Source: a virus. Taken from it: 64,000 nucleotides of DNA. Positions 16,771 through 26,260 of the stretch are shown here, one piece after another (position 1 is the stretch's first letter; the number at the start of each line of letters is the position of its first letter). The stretch lies in IMG/VR virus record IMGVR_UViG_3300045988_160113, positions 64,001-128,000 of that record; one strand, written 5' to 3'. A model generated the notes under the pieces. It saw nothing but the letters and a program-made list of their open reading frames with translations. It searched no databases and was not told the DNA's origin. Both the position numbers and the translations under genes were made by a program.

Positions 16771-19344
16771 ATGGAAAGCACGATTGAACTTTCAGTTCTA
16801 AAAAAAGAAATCCATTTTGTAAAGAAAGACAGTCTCACAACTGGACAACAAAGAAACTCCATGAAAATATCTTTCAATGGAAAAGAATGGAATGGACTAA
16901 CTAAGTATGGTGTGTTCAAAGTTGAAGATACTGTCAAAGATGTCTTGATTGCTAACTCTGATATAGAGATACCTGCCGAAGTTTGCACCCTTGACAATCT
17001 TGGTAAAGTGGTTTATTTTGGTATCAAAGGAACTTATACAGAGACTATTAGTGGAACGGAAACGGAAACTGTTTATACTACTCCTTATTTTAGACTTGGA
17101 GTACTTGAACGTGGTACAGAAACTTCTGGAAGTATACCAGAATATCCAACACAAAATGCCATTGATGCGGCAATTGAAAATGCGCGTAGATGGGCAGTTG
17201 GCCCAAGTTCTACAGATAAAGTTCCTACCGATACCAATAATGCGAAATATTGGAGTGACCAAGCAAAAGTAAATGTTGAAAATGTAAATGAGTATGCTAA
17301 TAAAGCAAAGGCAGAAGCAGACCGCGCAGAAACTGCGGCAAATACCGCTGTAGAAAGTGTAAAAGGTTCTGTTGAAGCCGCTGCGAAGAGCGCCCAAGAA
17401 GCGGGACAATATGCTGAGAATGCTAAGACCGCTGTAAGAGAGTATCCTCGTATTGATAGTCATGGTCACTGGGAAAGATACGACCCTGAGAGTGGTAAAT
17501 GGGTTGATACTGGCGCACTAGCAGAGTTCAAGATTAGGAAAACATATAGTACTATTGCTGAAATGAATGAACATTGGAGTGATAGTGATGTTTTTGTAAA
17601 TGATTTTGTAATGATTGCTGGTGAAGTTGAACCGGATAATGGCCAACTGTATGTCAAACTTGCTGATAGTAATGCTAAATATCAGTATATTGGTGACCTT
17701 AGTGGCGCTCAAGGTATCAAGGGTGAGAGTGCTTATGATATTGCAGTAGCGAAAAAGCAGTATGAAGGCACAGAAGATGATTTTGCGAAGTTCTTGGGAG
17801 AAGCAGTAAATAATGAACCTAAGAGACAAGAAGCAGAGACTGCTCGCAATAATGCCGAAAAAAATCGTAATGATGCTGAGTCTCTTCGCGCGCAGAATGA
17901 AACGCAACGAAAGACTGATGAATCTACTCGTCTATCAAATGAGACTGCGCGCATAGCAAATGAAAAAACTCGCGGTGAAAATGAAGATAGTAGAAAAGCA
18001 AATGAAGCAGACCGTGTAGAAAAAGAGACTGCTCGTGTCAATGCGGAAAAAAATCGTAATGATGCTGAGTCTCTTCGTGTGCAGAATGAAACACAACGAA
18101 AGACTGATGAAACTACTCGTTCTACAAATGAGACTGCCCGTGGTAATGCTGAGAAAGCTCGTAACGAAGCAGAAACTGCTCGTAATAATGCTGAATCTTC
18201 TCGCGCGACTGCCGAAACGAATCGTGATAAAGCAGAGATTACTCGCGCGCAAAACGAAGAAAAGCGAGTCAATGCTGAGTCTTCTCGTGTGACTGCTGAA
18301 GGAACTCGCGCGACCAATGAACAAACACGAATTGACACAGAAAAAGCTCGCAATGAAGCAGAGAGTAAGCGTGTGATTGCTGAAACTTCTCGTATTGAAT
18401 ATGAGAAAACGCGCGAATCAAATGAAAGTGCACGTGCAAAAGCAGAAATTTCACGTGCGAATGCTGAAACTAACCGTAATAATGCTGAGACTGCTCGTAA
18501 CAAAGCAGAAACCGCCCGTGATTCTGCCGAGTCTCTCCGCGCGCAGAATGAAATTCAACGTCAGTCAAATGAGACTGCGCGCGAAATATGGGAAGACTAT
18601 AACCAAGATAAAACTTATTACAAGGGAAATAAGGTAAGTCTCAATGGTAATAGTTATGTTTGTGTAGTCGAATCTACTACCAATCATCCTGGTCAATCTA
18701 ATGATTGGTTACTTATTGCTCAAAAGGGCGATGGACTAGTAATCAAAGATAAATATACTACAATTGAGGAACTTCGCGCGGCTAATCCTAATCATACTTA
18801 TACTTACCAAGTTGAGCAACCTAATGGTGAACTTTATATTTACTCTGATATTGCCGGTGATTGGGTATCTATTGGTGCTATCCAAGGACCGAAAGGTGAA
18901 ACTGGTGATAAGGGCGATAAAGGCGACCAAGGCATTCAAGGCAAGAAAGGTGATAAAGGTGATGCCTTTACTTATGCTGATTTTACTCCTGACCAACTCG
19001 CGGCGCTCAAGGGAGAAAAAGGTGATAAAGGTGACGCTTTTACTTATAATGACTTTACTCCTGAGCAACTTGCTTCTTTGAAAGGCGAAAAAGGCGACAA
19101 GGGTGACCCTGGTTCTTATACTGCTGGTACTGGTATTAAAATTGCCAATGGTGTTATTAGTGCGACCGCGGAAGTATATAAAGCGGGCGACGGCATTAGT
19201 ATCACTAATGGATTGATTAGTGCTTTACTTGGGGCTGGCCTCAAATTTGATACTGATAAAAAAATTACTCTTGATGAAACTACTTTTACGGAATATACAG
19301 ATGATGAAATTACCTCGATTTATAATTCTGTTGAAATTTCTTGA
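16771..19344 (+). CDS. tail fibre protein with long Asn/Glu/Arg/Ala-rich repeat rod and collagen-like repeats
   Basis: 857 aa; repeats ETARNNAEKNRNDAESLRAQNETQRKTDE...; Gly-X-Y run GPKGETGDKGDKGDQGIQGKKGDKGD plus two GEKGDKGD repeats. Confidence 0.8.
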   Translation: MESTIELSVLKKEIHFVKKDSLTTGQQRNSMKISFNGKEWNGLTKYGVFKVEDTVKDVLIANSDIEIPAEVCTLDNLGKVVYFGIKGTYTETISGTETETVYTTPYFRLGVLERGTETSGSIPEYPTQNAIDAAIENARRWAVGPSSTDKVPTDTNNAKYWSDQAKVNVENVNEYANKAKAEADRAETAANTAVESVKGSVEAAAKSAQEAGQYAENAKTAVREYPRIDSHGHWERYDPESGKWVDTGALAEFKIRKTYSTIAEMNEHWSDSDVFVNDFVMIAGEVEPDNGQLYVKLADSNAKYQYIGDLSGAQGIKGESAYDIAVAKKQYEGTEDDFAKFLGEAVNNEPKRQEAETARNNAEKNRNDAESLRAQNETQRKTDESTRLSNETARIANEKTRGENEDSRKANEADRVEKETARVNAEKNRNDAESLRVQNETQRKTDETTRSTNETARGNAEKARNEAETARNNAESSRATAETNRDKAEITRAQNEEKRVNAESSRVTAEGTRATNEQTRIDTEKARNEAESKRVIAETSRIEYEKTRESNESARAKAEISRANAETNRNNAETARNKAETARDSAESLRAQNEIQRQSNETAREIWEDYNQDKTYYKGNKVSLNGNSYVCVVESTTNHPGQSNDWLLIAQKGDGLVIKDKYTTIEELRAANPNHTYTYQVEQPNGELYIYSDIAGDWVSIGAIQGPKGETGDKGDKGDQGIQGKKGDKGDAFTYADFTPDQLAALKGEKGDKGDAFTYNDFTPEQLASLKGEKGDKGDPGSYTAGTGIKIANGVISATAEVYKAGDGISITNGLISALLGAGLKFDTDKKITLDETTFTEYTDDEITSIYNSVEIS

Positions 19345-19426
19345 CCATGAAGTTCTGAAAATTTTATATCTTACATTTTATTTTCCTACTTTAGAAATGG
19401 AATGAATTTGATAAGGAGGTAAGTGT

Positions 19427-19699
19427 ATGGCTCATATCCTGAGAAAAATTGGAAATGCTTCTAATGTATCTGTTTATAGATATGAAGCAGATACTGAAGC
19501 AGATATGCGCGCCATTGATGTCTCTATGGCTCCGATGGGCAGTCGCTGTTATATTATTGACACTGGTGATACTTATGCTCTAAACAGCAAAAAGGAATGG
19601 AAATCTGTTCCGAAAGGTTCTGGTGGCGATATTATCTATGATGGTGGCTCAGACAGTGGTTCTTCCGGTGACATTATTTACGATGGCGGTACTACGTGA
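19427..19699 (+). CDS. hypothetical protein
   Basis: 90 aa; AAGGAGG RBS; duplicated GDIIYDGG motif. Confidence 0.55.
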   Translation: MAHILRKIGNASNVSVYRYEADTEADMRAIDVSMAPMGSRCYIIDTGDTYALNSKKEWKSVPKGSGGDIIYDGGSDSGSSGDIIYDGGTT

Positions 19700-19709
19700 G
19701 GTGAAATAA

Positions 19710-20057
19710 ATGGCGCAAGTTATCAAGACTACGTTTAAGTTCCGTCGTAATACAGCAGAATATTGGAAGAATACAAATCCAGTTCTTGCTGACGGCGAAC
19801 CTTGTTTTGAACTTGATACTGGTAAACTAAAAATTGGTAATGGCACTACTGCGTATAATGATTTGAAGTATATCAATGGTGATTCAGTTCAAATTGAAGT
19901 TGCTACAAAGGATATTATTGGCGCAGTTTTGAGTTCTGATGAAAAGAATCAAGTTTCTGTTGATGAAAGCGGTCACATGGAAGTCAATGAAATTGGAGTT
20001 GAAAAACTAAGTGATACTGTTGGTGTTACTTTAGTTATTGATGGTGGTTCTTTTTGA
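19710..20057 (+). CDS. tail-fibre-associated protein with conserved N-terminal fibre module
   Basis: FKFRRNTAEYWKNTNPVLADGEPCFELDTGKLKIGNGTTAYNDLKYI. Confidence 0.6.
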   Translation: MAQVIKTTFKFRRNTAEYWKNTNPVLADGEPCFELDTGKLKIGNGTTAYNDLKYINGDSVQIEVATKDIIGAVLSSDEKNQVSVDESGHMEVNEIGVEKLSDTVGVTLVIDGGSF

Positions 20058-20081
20058 AATAACTAAATAGGAGGGAGACTA

Positions 20082-21194
20082 ATGGATAAGAAAGTTTTGA
20101 CCACTACGATTCAGTTGCGCCGTGCGACTGAGGTACAGTGGGAAGCTATCAAAGATAGTTTCATTCCTGCCGTGGGTGAACCTTGTGTTACTCTTGATGG
20201 TGATAATGCTGGCCAATTAAAAATTGGTGATGGTGTTACTCCTTGGGGTGAACTAAAATATTCTGGTGTTCATCTTGATGTACTCAAGATATATGGTGAT
20301 TCCGTAGAAGATACTTCTATGTTTATTGACGGTGTAAAGTATGATACTGCCGCAGAAGCAATCAATGCTGTTCCTGATGGTGGCACTGTCAAAATGACTG
20401 GCGGTCTCGGTGCAGATGAAATTATCAATGTAGAAAAAAAACTCACTCTCGATATGAATAGTGCGGTTATTGTTGATAATAATAAATGTCCTATGGAAAT
20501 TAGCACTAGTGGTGAACTTACTTTGTCTGGTAATGGTAGTGTTGAGTGTAATAAGAACGCTGAACCTGCTATTAATAACTGCGGCAAGATGATTATTGAA
20601 AATGGTAATTATACTCGTAAGGTTGATGAAAAGAATGATACTTTCTATACTATTCTAAATCATGGTGATACCGTTATTAACAATGGTATTTTTCAAGCAC
20701 CTGGTAATGTATCAAGTATGATTGAGAATGGTTATTGGGATTATAATTCTACCGACCCTAAGTATGGTCATGTTGTTGGAAAGAATGCTGAGACTTGTAT
20801 ATTGACTATCAATGATGGTACTTTTATCAATGCTTTTTATGTCATCAAGAATGATGATAATGGTATTGTAAACATCAATAGTGGTAAGTTCTATGGTACT
20901 ATTTTCCACAATGGTATTGAGATGACCATCAATAATGGATATTTTGAAGTTAGTGATGGAACTTACAATATTGGTCTAAGAAAGTTGAATGACAATATGA
21001 ATGCTGGTAAAACCACTATCAATGGTGGTACTTATATTTCTAATGGTACATCTAATTTCAAAATCAATGATGGCGAACCTGAAGTAATTATCAAAGGTGG
21101 TAAATTCAATAAAGAAGTTCCCGCCAGATTTATCGCTGAAGGATATAAGCAGAGTCTTGTCGATGGTTATTATGTTATAACCAAATCTGAGTAA
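20082..21194 (+). CDS. receptor-binding/depolymerase-like fibre protein (N-terminal fibre module plus beta-helix-like repeats)
   Basis: IQLRRATEVQWEAIKDSFIPAVGEPCVTLDGDNAGQLKIGDGVTPWGELKY; then repeated I(N/K)(N/D/G)G.(F/Y) turns (INNGIF, INDGTF, INSGKF, INNGYF, INGGTY, IKGGKF). Confidence 0.65.
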   Translation: MDKKVLTTTIQLRRATEVQWEAIKDSFIPAVGEPCVTLDGDNAGQLKIGDGVTPWGELKYSGVHLDVLKIYGDSVEDTSMFIDGVKYDTAAEAINAVPDGGTVKMTGGLGADEIINVEKKLTLDMNSAVIVDNNKCPMEISTSGELTLSGNGSVECNKNAEPAINNCGKMIIENGNYTRKVDEKNDTFYTILNHGDTVINNGIFQAPGNVSSMIENGYWDYNSTDPKYGHVVGKNAETCILTINDGTFINAFYVIKNDDNGIVNINSGKFYGTIFHNGIEMTINNGYFEVSDGTYNIGLRKLNDNMNAGKTTINGGTYISNGTSNFKINDGEPEVIIKGGKFNKEVPARFIAEGYKQSLVDGYYVITKSE

Positions 21195-21207
21195 GGAGGA
21201 ATGAGTT

Positions 21208-21579
21208 ATGTTCAATATTGCTTATGCTAATAAAGATAAAATTCAAAATAGTATTGCTCAAGGCGTCATTCCTGCTGAAAGTTTGATTATTACCAATAAT
21301 GAGGAAGGTAAGGCTGAACTCAGTTACTATGATGAAAATGGCAATTTAAAGAGTATTGTTAAGAAAACTCAGTTTGAAAGTGAAGCAGAAGCTCGTCTTT
21401 GGACTGCTAAATATAATTATACTGGTGAGAATATTAGTGTCTACGATGCTAAAAGCGGCCAATGGAATAGTTATATTGTTAGTGTTGGTGGCGATATCAA
21501 TAAGATTGCTAAAGCCGAAGATGTTGAGTCTTTCATGGAAGACTTGATTATTGATGGCGGCGGTGCTCCTCTAAAGTAA
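21208..21579 (+). CDS. hypothetical tail-associated protein
   Basis: 123 aa within the fibre block, AAGGAGG RBS. Confidence 0.55.
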   Translation: MFNIAYANKDKIQNSIAQGVIPAESLIITNNEEGKAELSYYDENGNLKSIVKKTQFESEAEARLWTAKYNYTGENISVYDAKSGQWNSYIVSVGGDINKIAKAEDVESFMEDLIIDGGGAPLK

Positions 21580-21586
21580 AGGAGGA

Positions 21587-22111
21587 GTGAATATTGTGGC
21601 AAAATTAATCAATACTACTATCAAACTGAGAAGGGATAATGATTATAACTACAGTAAAGTAGCAGATAGTTTTATCCCCATGAAAGGCGAGCCAGTACTT
21701 GTAGATACTGAACAATATGGACTTAGATTCAAAATTGGTGACGGTGTCACTTCTTATGGTGCGCTTGCTTATGCTGATGATAATAATAATGTAGTTTTAC
21801 TTGGTTATTATCTGAATAGTAAATTTTATATTGATAGCACTTATACAGTTGAATTAGAAAAAAATGAAAATAAACTGTATATTGATAAGAATACTTATAC
21901 AGTATATATTTGGGATAAAGAGAATTATATTCCACTTAGTCCCGAAGCTACTGAAACTGTTGCGGGCATGATGAAACTTTATCAAACTTCTGGTAATAAT
22001 ACTGATGGTACTATGAGCCAGAAAGCTATTACTGAAGGCGTAAATGCTATCAAATTTGAATTAGATGGGCAAGATAAAGAGTGTCTTGTTCTTGACCTCC
22101 CTTGGGACTAA
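21587..22111 (+). CDS. fibre protein with N-terminal fibre module
   Basis: IKLRRDNDYNYSKVADSFIPMKGEPVLVDTEQYGLRFKIGDGVTSYGALAY; GTG start (21587 or 21596). Confidence 0.6.
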   Translation: MNIVAKLINTTIKLRRDNDYNYSKVADSFIPMKGEPVLVDTEQYGLRFKIGDGVTSYGALAYADDNNNVVLLGYYLNSKFYIDSTYTVELEKNENKLYIDKNTYTVYIWDKENYIPLSPEATETVAGMMKLYQTSGNNTDGTMSQKAITEGVNAIKFELDGQDKECLVLDLPWD

Positions 22112-22174
22112 GGGAGTAAATTGATACAAATATGGAAAACCACATTGTAAATAAAATTGAAAGGAGATTTTATT

Positions 22175-23845
22175 ATGGCTGATATTTCTAAAATCAAGCT
22201 TGCTAACGGCACAACTGTTACTTTGAAAGATGTTCAAGGTCGCACTGATATGACTACTCTTCTTGGTAAACATGCTCTTGAATCTCTTGGTGCTGCCGCT
22301 TGGAAGGCAGTTGCCACTGAAATTTCTGGTGAAGGCCTTGTTGATGCTTCTGTTGTTAAGGCCTATGTTGATTCTCAAGTTGGGCAAATTCATAGTTTTG
22401 ATGTTGTAATTGATGCCGATGGTGGAGCTACTGGTCCTTCTGTGGCTGCTTCTAAAGACACTATGTATAAGATTTACATGGTTGCTGATGCTCAAGCTTC
22501 TGCTGGTACTTATATTGAGTGGATTACTATTCGTTCTGGGGTTAAAGACCCTTATACCTATGCTTGGGAAAAAATTGGTTCCACCAAGACTGACCTTAGT
22601 GGTTATATTTCTAATACTATTACCATTGCTGGTATTCGACTTAACAGAGATATTTCTGTCTCTGACCTTCAGAAAGCTCTTACTCTTGGTTCTATGGCCT
22701 ATGCTGATAAAGCTTCTGGTTCTGGCTCCGTTGAGACTGTTGATAGTATTACCATGAAAGAAGTCACTGTTGCTGGTAATGCTGCTGTTACTTTCAAGGC
22801 TGCTGATGCTACTCTCACTAAGGCTAATTATACCCCTGCTGGTAAGGTTACTGGTTCTGCCATTTCTGGAGGTTCTATTGCTGTTACTTTGAAGGATTCT
22901 GCTACTAAGACTGCGGCCACTCTTAGCACCTCTGAGTTCACTCCTGCTGGTACTATCGCCGCCAAGGAGGGTGGTTCCTTCTCTGCTTTGAAGTCTGCCG
23001 CTTTCGGCGCTTCTGAAGATGGTGTTCAGATTGAGGGTACTGTCAGTGCTCCTGCAATTTCTCTTACCGCTGCTGACAAGACTTTTGCTACTGGTTTGAC
23101 TGGTGGTAGTAAGGCTTCCTTTACTGAGGGCGCTTTTACTCCTGCCGCAATTCAGGATGGTTTTTATACTGCTGGTAAGGCCGCTACTTGGACTGGTGCT
23201 GATTATACCGCTCCCAGTATGGGTGAGGCTTCCAAAGCAAAGTTTGCTTCTGAGGGTATTGTCGCCAGTCTTGATGCTGAAGATGCTGAATGCCTAGTAT
23301 TTACCACTGCTGGTACTGCTGATGCTGTTACTGCTCAGGGCGCCTTCAATGCTGGTAATGTTAACTTTGGTACTTTCAATGGTGGTTCTGCTACCGTTAT
23401 CGATACTACTAAGTTCTCTGGTGGTTCTAAGGATGCTGATACTTTCGTTGCTAATGAACTTCAGACTGCTACTACTGGCAAGGTAAGTGAAGTTTCTGCC
23501 GCCGCTCTTGCTAATGCTCCTGTATTCACCGGTGAGAAGTATGCTATTGCTACTACTACTGATACCGCTCTCAAGGATGTCGCCTTTACTGCTACCAATA
23601 GTGCTACTATTGTTGATAAAGTTGAGTATGTCAAGCCTGAAATTGATGCTGCTACCTTTACTGGTACTGCTGCTACTCTTGGCTTTACTGGTACTGAGGT
23701 TGAGAATGCTCTTGTTACTAGCGTTAGTTATGATAAGGCCGATACCATTGCCGCATTTAGTGTTGCTGTTACTCCTGAGACCGATATTATCAAGAAGACT
23801 GCTAAAACTGTTGAGGTTGAAGTTTCTCCTGTCGCTAAGCAGTAA
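22175..23845 (+). CDS. Ala/Thr/Gly-rich tail fibre protein
   Basis: MADISKIKLANGTTVTLKD N-terminus, a motif shared with the next two small ORFs; 556 aa, low complexity; ATG 22175 has an AAAGGAG RBS. Confidence 0.65.
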   Translation: MADISKIKLANGTTVTLKDVQGRTDMTTLLGKHALESLGAAAWKAVATEISGEGLVDASVVKAYVDSQVGQIHSFDVVIDADGGATGPSVAASKDTMYKIYMVADAQASAGTYIEWITIRSGVKDPYTYAWEKIGSTKTDLSGYISNTITIAGIRLNRDISVSDLQKALTLGSMAYADKASGSGSVETVDSITMKEVTVAGNAAVTFKAADATLTKANYTPAGKVTGSAISGGSIAVTLKDSATKTAATLSTSEFTPAGTIAAKEGGSFSALKSAAFGASEDGVQIEGTVSAPAISLTAADKTFATGLTGGSKASFTEGAFTPAAIQDGFYTAGKAATWTGADYTAPSMGEASKAKFASEGIVASLDAEDAECLVFTTAGTADAVTAQGAFNAGNVNFGTFNGGSATVIDTTKFSGGSKDADTFVANELQTATTGKVSEVSAAALANAPVFTGEKYAIATTTDTALKDVAFTATNSATIVDKVEYVKPEIDAATFTGTAATLGFTGTEVENALVTSVSYDKADTIAAFSVAVTPETDIIKKTAKTVEVEVSPVAKQ

Positions 23846-23848
23846 TAA

Positions 23849-23953
23849 ATGGCTGAAATTTCTAAAATCAAATTGCCAGACAATACCGAGTACAACCTAA
23901 AGGACGAAGAACTTCGTACTATGTTGGAAATTTTGTTGGGTAATAAAAATTGA
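23849..23953 (+). CDS. small ORF repeating the fibre N-terminal motif (34 aa)
   Basis: MAEISKIKLPDNTEYNLKD...; possibly a truncated fibre paralog. Confidence 0.35.
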   Translation: MAEISKIKLPDNTEYNLKDEELRTMLEILLGNKN

Positions 23954-24032
23954 TAGAGATATGGAACGGGGAGACTCCGGTTTCTCCGTTCCTACTTTAG
24001 AATAGAAACAAAGTGCTTCAAGGAGGGGTAAA

Positions 24033-24221
24033 ATGGCAAAGATAAAGACAATCAAACTTCCCAATGATACCTCTGCGCGCGAAGTATATGATGTTGGCGC
24101 AGTCAGATTTGATGAAAAAGGTAATCTGACAGAAGCACAAAAAACTATCGCGCGTGCTAATGTTGGCGTAGAAGAGTATACTGCCGACGAGATTGAGAAT
24201 ATTTGGAATAGTACAACGTAA
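24033..24221 (+). CDS. small fibre-motif protein
   Basis: MAKIKTIKLPNDTSAREVYD; AAGGAGGGG RBS. Confidence 0.5.
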   Translation: MAKIKTIKLPNDTSAREVYDVGAVRFDEKGNLTEAQKTIARANVGVEEYTADEIENIWNSTT

Positions 24222-24229
24222 GTAAATAG

Positions 24230-24251
24230 GGTGGGAGTAAATACTCCCACC
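24230..24251 (+). terminator. intrinsic terminator
   Basis: GGTGGGAGT-aaat-ACTCCCACC followed by a T-containing tract. Confidence 0.65.
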
Positions 24252-24262
24252 TTAGTAAAAAT

Positions 24263-24291
24263 TTGACGTGGAAAGTAATTTGTGGTATAAT
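24263..24291 (+). promoter_or_regulatory. promoter of the DGR operon (extended -10)
   Basis: TTGACG (24263-24268), 17 bp, TGgTATAAT (-10 at 24286-24291); followed by an untranslated leader of about 260 nt. Confidence 0.6.
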
Positions 24292-24555
24292 TATTATAGT
24301 GGATAAGAAATCTGCCTGGCTTGGAATGATAGTCAGTATAGCCCTTGAAAGTGATAGGGAGAAGAAGTTGACGGACGCTGAGCCAGTGGGTGAAGTGTCT
24401 GTTTTTTTATGTATATATTATATTCTGCGCACTTGTGAATTTTTTATAAAAGAAGATAGTGATTTTTATAGATTTTATACAAGGCCACGCGTAAGGATAG
24501 AAAGAATATAAATTGGCCTGCGCGAAAAGTGTAAGAGATAATAAAGGAGGTACAA

Positions 24556-24768
24556 ATGAGTAAGAATGTGAATGCTTGTAAAAGCGACAATACTGAAAAC
24601 TGGAATAAGGCAGTAAATTTTGTGCCTTCAAAGGGAGAAGTAATTATTTACTCTGATGTTGAACAGATGAAAGTCGGTGATGGAGTAAATAGTGTTGTCA
24701 ATTTGCCATTTAAGGACAGAGAATATGAGGATAAGGAAATTGAAGAGATTTATAATTCTGTGAGGTGA
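24556..24768 (+). CDS. small protein with fibre N-terminal module
   Basis: TENWNKAVNFVPSKGEVIIYSDVEQMKVGDGVNSVVNLPF; AAGGAGG RBS. Confidence 0.6.
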   Translation: MSKNVNACKSDNTENWNKAVNFVPSKGEVIIYSDVEQMKVGDGVNSVVNLPFKDREYEDKEIEEIYNSVR

Positions 24769-24772
24769 AAGT

Positions 24773-25522
24773 ATGGGAATTATTATGTTGAATAACAAGG
24801 TTCTGGTGAATCAGAATAAGATTGCGATGTATATACCTCCTTTTGAACCACCTGCTAAAGGTTCGATTGTAAAGATGAATTTGGATGGGACTGAAAGACA
24901 GTATAGAGTATTGAGTGTAAATGGAAACGTTTGTAAAGTATTAGGAATGTGGGATGACTTTGCAAGCAAATATAATGAAACAAGTACAACTACTACTTTC
25001 GGAAGCACTACTGCTCAGAAATACGAAGGTTCTACTTTAGATACCTATTTAAATACTACTTGGTATAATACATTAACTAGTGCTGCTAAGGCGGCTATTG
25101 TACCTGAGAATGTAGTACAGTATTGTTATAAATATTATGATGAACCAAATACTCCAAATACACCTACATATACATATCAATATCAGCATAACTGGTCTAA
25201 TTCAGATTATGAAAATGCCGATAATGTAGGCAATGTAACTGTTGGAGAACGTAACGTGTTTGCTTTAGATTTGAAGGATATTTTTGATTATATGGGAAAA
25301 GTGTGTATTACATCTGATGAACTAATGATTATGTTTTGGAATAGTACAACTAAAGTATCTAAATATCTATGGTTGCGGTCCTCTCTTGCCGACTATTCTT
25401 ACGGTGCGTGGATTGTGTCCGGTGACACTGGTAATTTGAGCTACACTGGTGTTGCTAATAGTTGTGTCGTGCGGCCCGCGCTTAATCTAGATATGTCCAA
25501 AATCCAGTACACCCTCGTGTGA
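24773..25522 (+). CDS. DGR target protein (receptor-binding candidate with C-terminal variable lectin-fold-like tail)
   Basis: C-terminal WLRSSLADYSYGAWIVSGDTGNLSYTGVANSCVVRPAL is encoded by the VR matching the TR. Confidence 0.85.
   Translation: MGIIMLNNKVLVNQNKIAMYIPPFEPPAKGSIVKMNLDGTERQYRVLSVNGNVCKVLGMWDDFASKYNETSTTTTFGSTTAQKYEGSTLDTYLNTTWYNTLTSAAKAAIVPENVVQYCYKYYDEPNTPNTPTYTYQYQHNWSNSDYENADNVGNVTVGERNVFALDLKDIFDYMGKVCITSDELMIMFWNSTTKVSKYLWLRSSLADYSYGAWIVSGDTGNLSYTGVANSCVVRPALNLDMSKIQYTLV
25373..25484 (+). repeat. DGR variable repeat (VR)
   Basis: Aligns without gaps to TR 26006-26117; all 19 mismatches lie at TR adenines; identical GC-rich 3' end GTCGTGCGGCCCGCG. Confidence 0.9.
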
Positions 25523-25529
25523 GCGGGTA

Positions 25530-25555
25530 GCTGGAGGCGCCTCAGCGCCGACAGC
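25530..25555 (+). promoter_or_regulatory. GC-rich hairpin downstream of VR (candidate DGR homing-enhancing structure)
   Basis: GCTG-ga-GGCGC-ctca-GCGCC-ga-CAGC inside an isolated GC-rich tract (25521-25566) in AT-rich DNA. Confidence 0.5.
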
Positions 25556-25618
25556 GTCCGCGGAGGAAAATATTTTCTAAAAATTATCAAATAACATTTT
25601 ATAAGGAGATTTTATTCA

Positions 25619-25993
25619 ATGGCTGAATTCAATCTTATCAATCGTGCAGAAAATATGGTTGACTATTTATTAACAATTACAGATAAAGCACCTAAAAAAC
25701 TTCGCTCAGATATTATCCCAGAACTTCGTAGAGCAAGTTTCAAATGTATTCAAGCAATCATTAAAGCTAATAATTGTCCACTTGACAAAACTCAACCTTA
25801 TTATACTGAACTTAGAAAACAATACCAACTTGAAACTAAAAGTTTTCTTCAAACAATTAGTGCTTATTCTGAGATTTGTATGAAGCATAACTACATTACT
25901 AAGAAACAATTCGATGTACTAAACGACCATATTTTCAAATGTCAAGATACCCTTATAAAATGGATGACTTCAGATGAAAATCGTTTGAAGTAA
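25619..25993 (+). CDS. avd: DGR accessory variability determinant (Avd-like four-helix-bundle protein)
   Basis: 124 aa basic helical protein located between the target gene and the TR, the canonical DGR position. Confidence 0.7.
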   Translation: MAEFNLINRAENMVDYLLTITDKAPKKLRSDIIPELRRASFKCIQAIIKANNCPLDKTQPYYTELRKQYQLETKSFLQTISAYSEICMKHNYITKKQFDVLNDHIFKCQDTLIKWMTSDENRLK

Positions 25994-26005
25994 CAGGTAT
26001 ATAAC

Positions 26006-26117
26006 TTGCGGTCCTCTAATGCCGACAATTCTAACAATGCGTGGAATGTGAACGGTAACAATGGTAATTTGAACAACAATGATGTTACTAATAGTAATGT
26101 CGTGCGGCCCGCGATTA
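26006..26117 (+). repeat. DGR template repeat (TR)
   Basis: Asn-codon rich (AAT/AAC) copy of the VR, 13 nt after the avd stop and upstream of the RT. Confidence 0.9.
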
Positions 26118-26260
26118 GGAAATAAAACAAAGATTTGTTTATAGTAACATGGGTTCTATACAATATCTTTTTTCTAAGGAGTTATATCCCTTCTGTAAAA
26201 AGAAAAATATTACTTGTGTATGATTATATCGTAACTATGTAATCTGCACTTCTTAGGAGG

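Noticed and set aside
16897-18503. Long minus-strand ORFs (16897-17469, 17518-17907, 17733-18503, 17935-18324) opposite the tail-fibre gene
   Set aside because: They are antisense shadows of the repetitive, low-complexity fibre gene, giving Ser/Arg/Ala/Phe-rich translations. They have no RBS or promoter and lie opposite to all neighbouring genes.
22410-23900. Leu-rich alternative-frame ORFs (22410-22757, 23103-23297, 23487-23900) and minus ORF 22061-22495
   Set aside because: These are off-frame readings of the Ala/Thr/Gly-rich fibre gene (GCT/ACT/GGT codons read as Leu) and have no independent signals.
24263-24631. ORFs 24263-24511 (+) and 24407-24631 (-) in the DGR operon leader
   Set aside because: The first starts at the promoter -35 with a non-ATG codon and has no RBS. 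The second is antisense. The region is treated as an untranslated leader.
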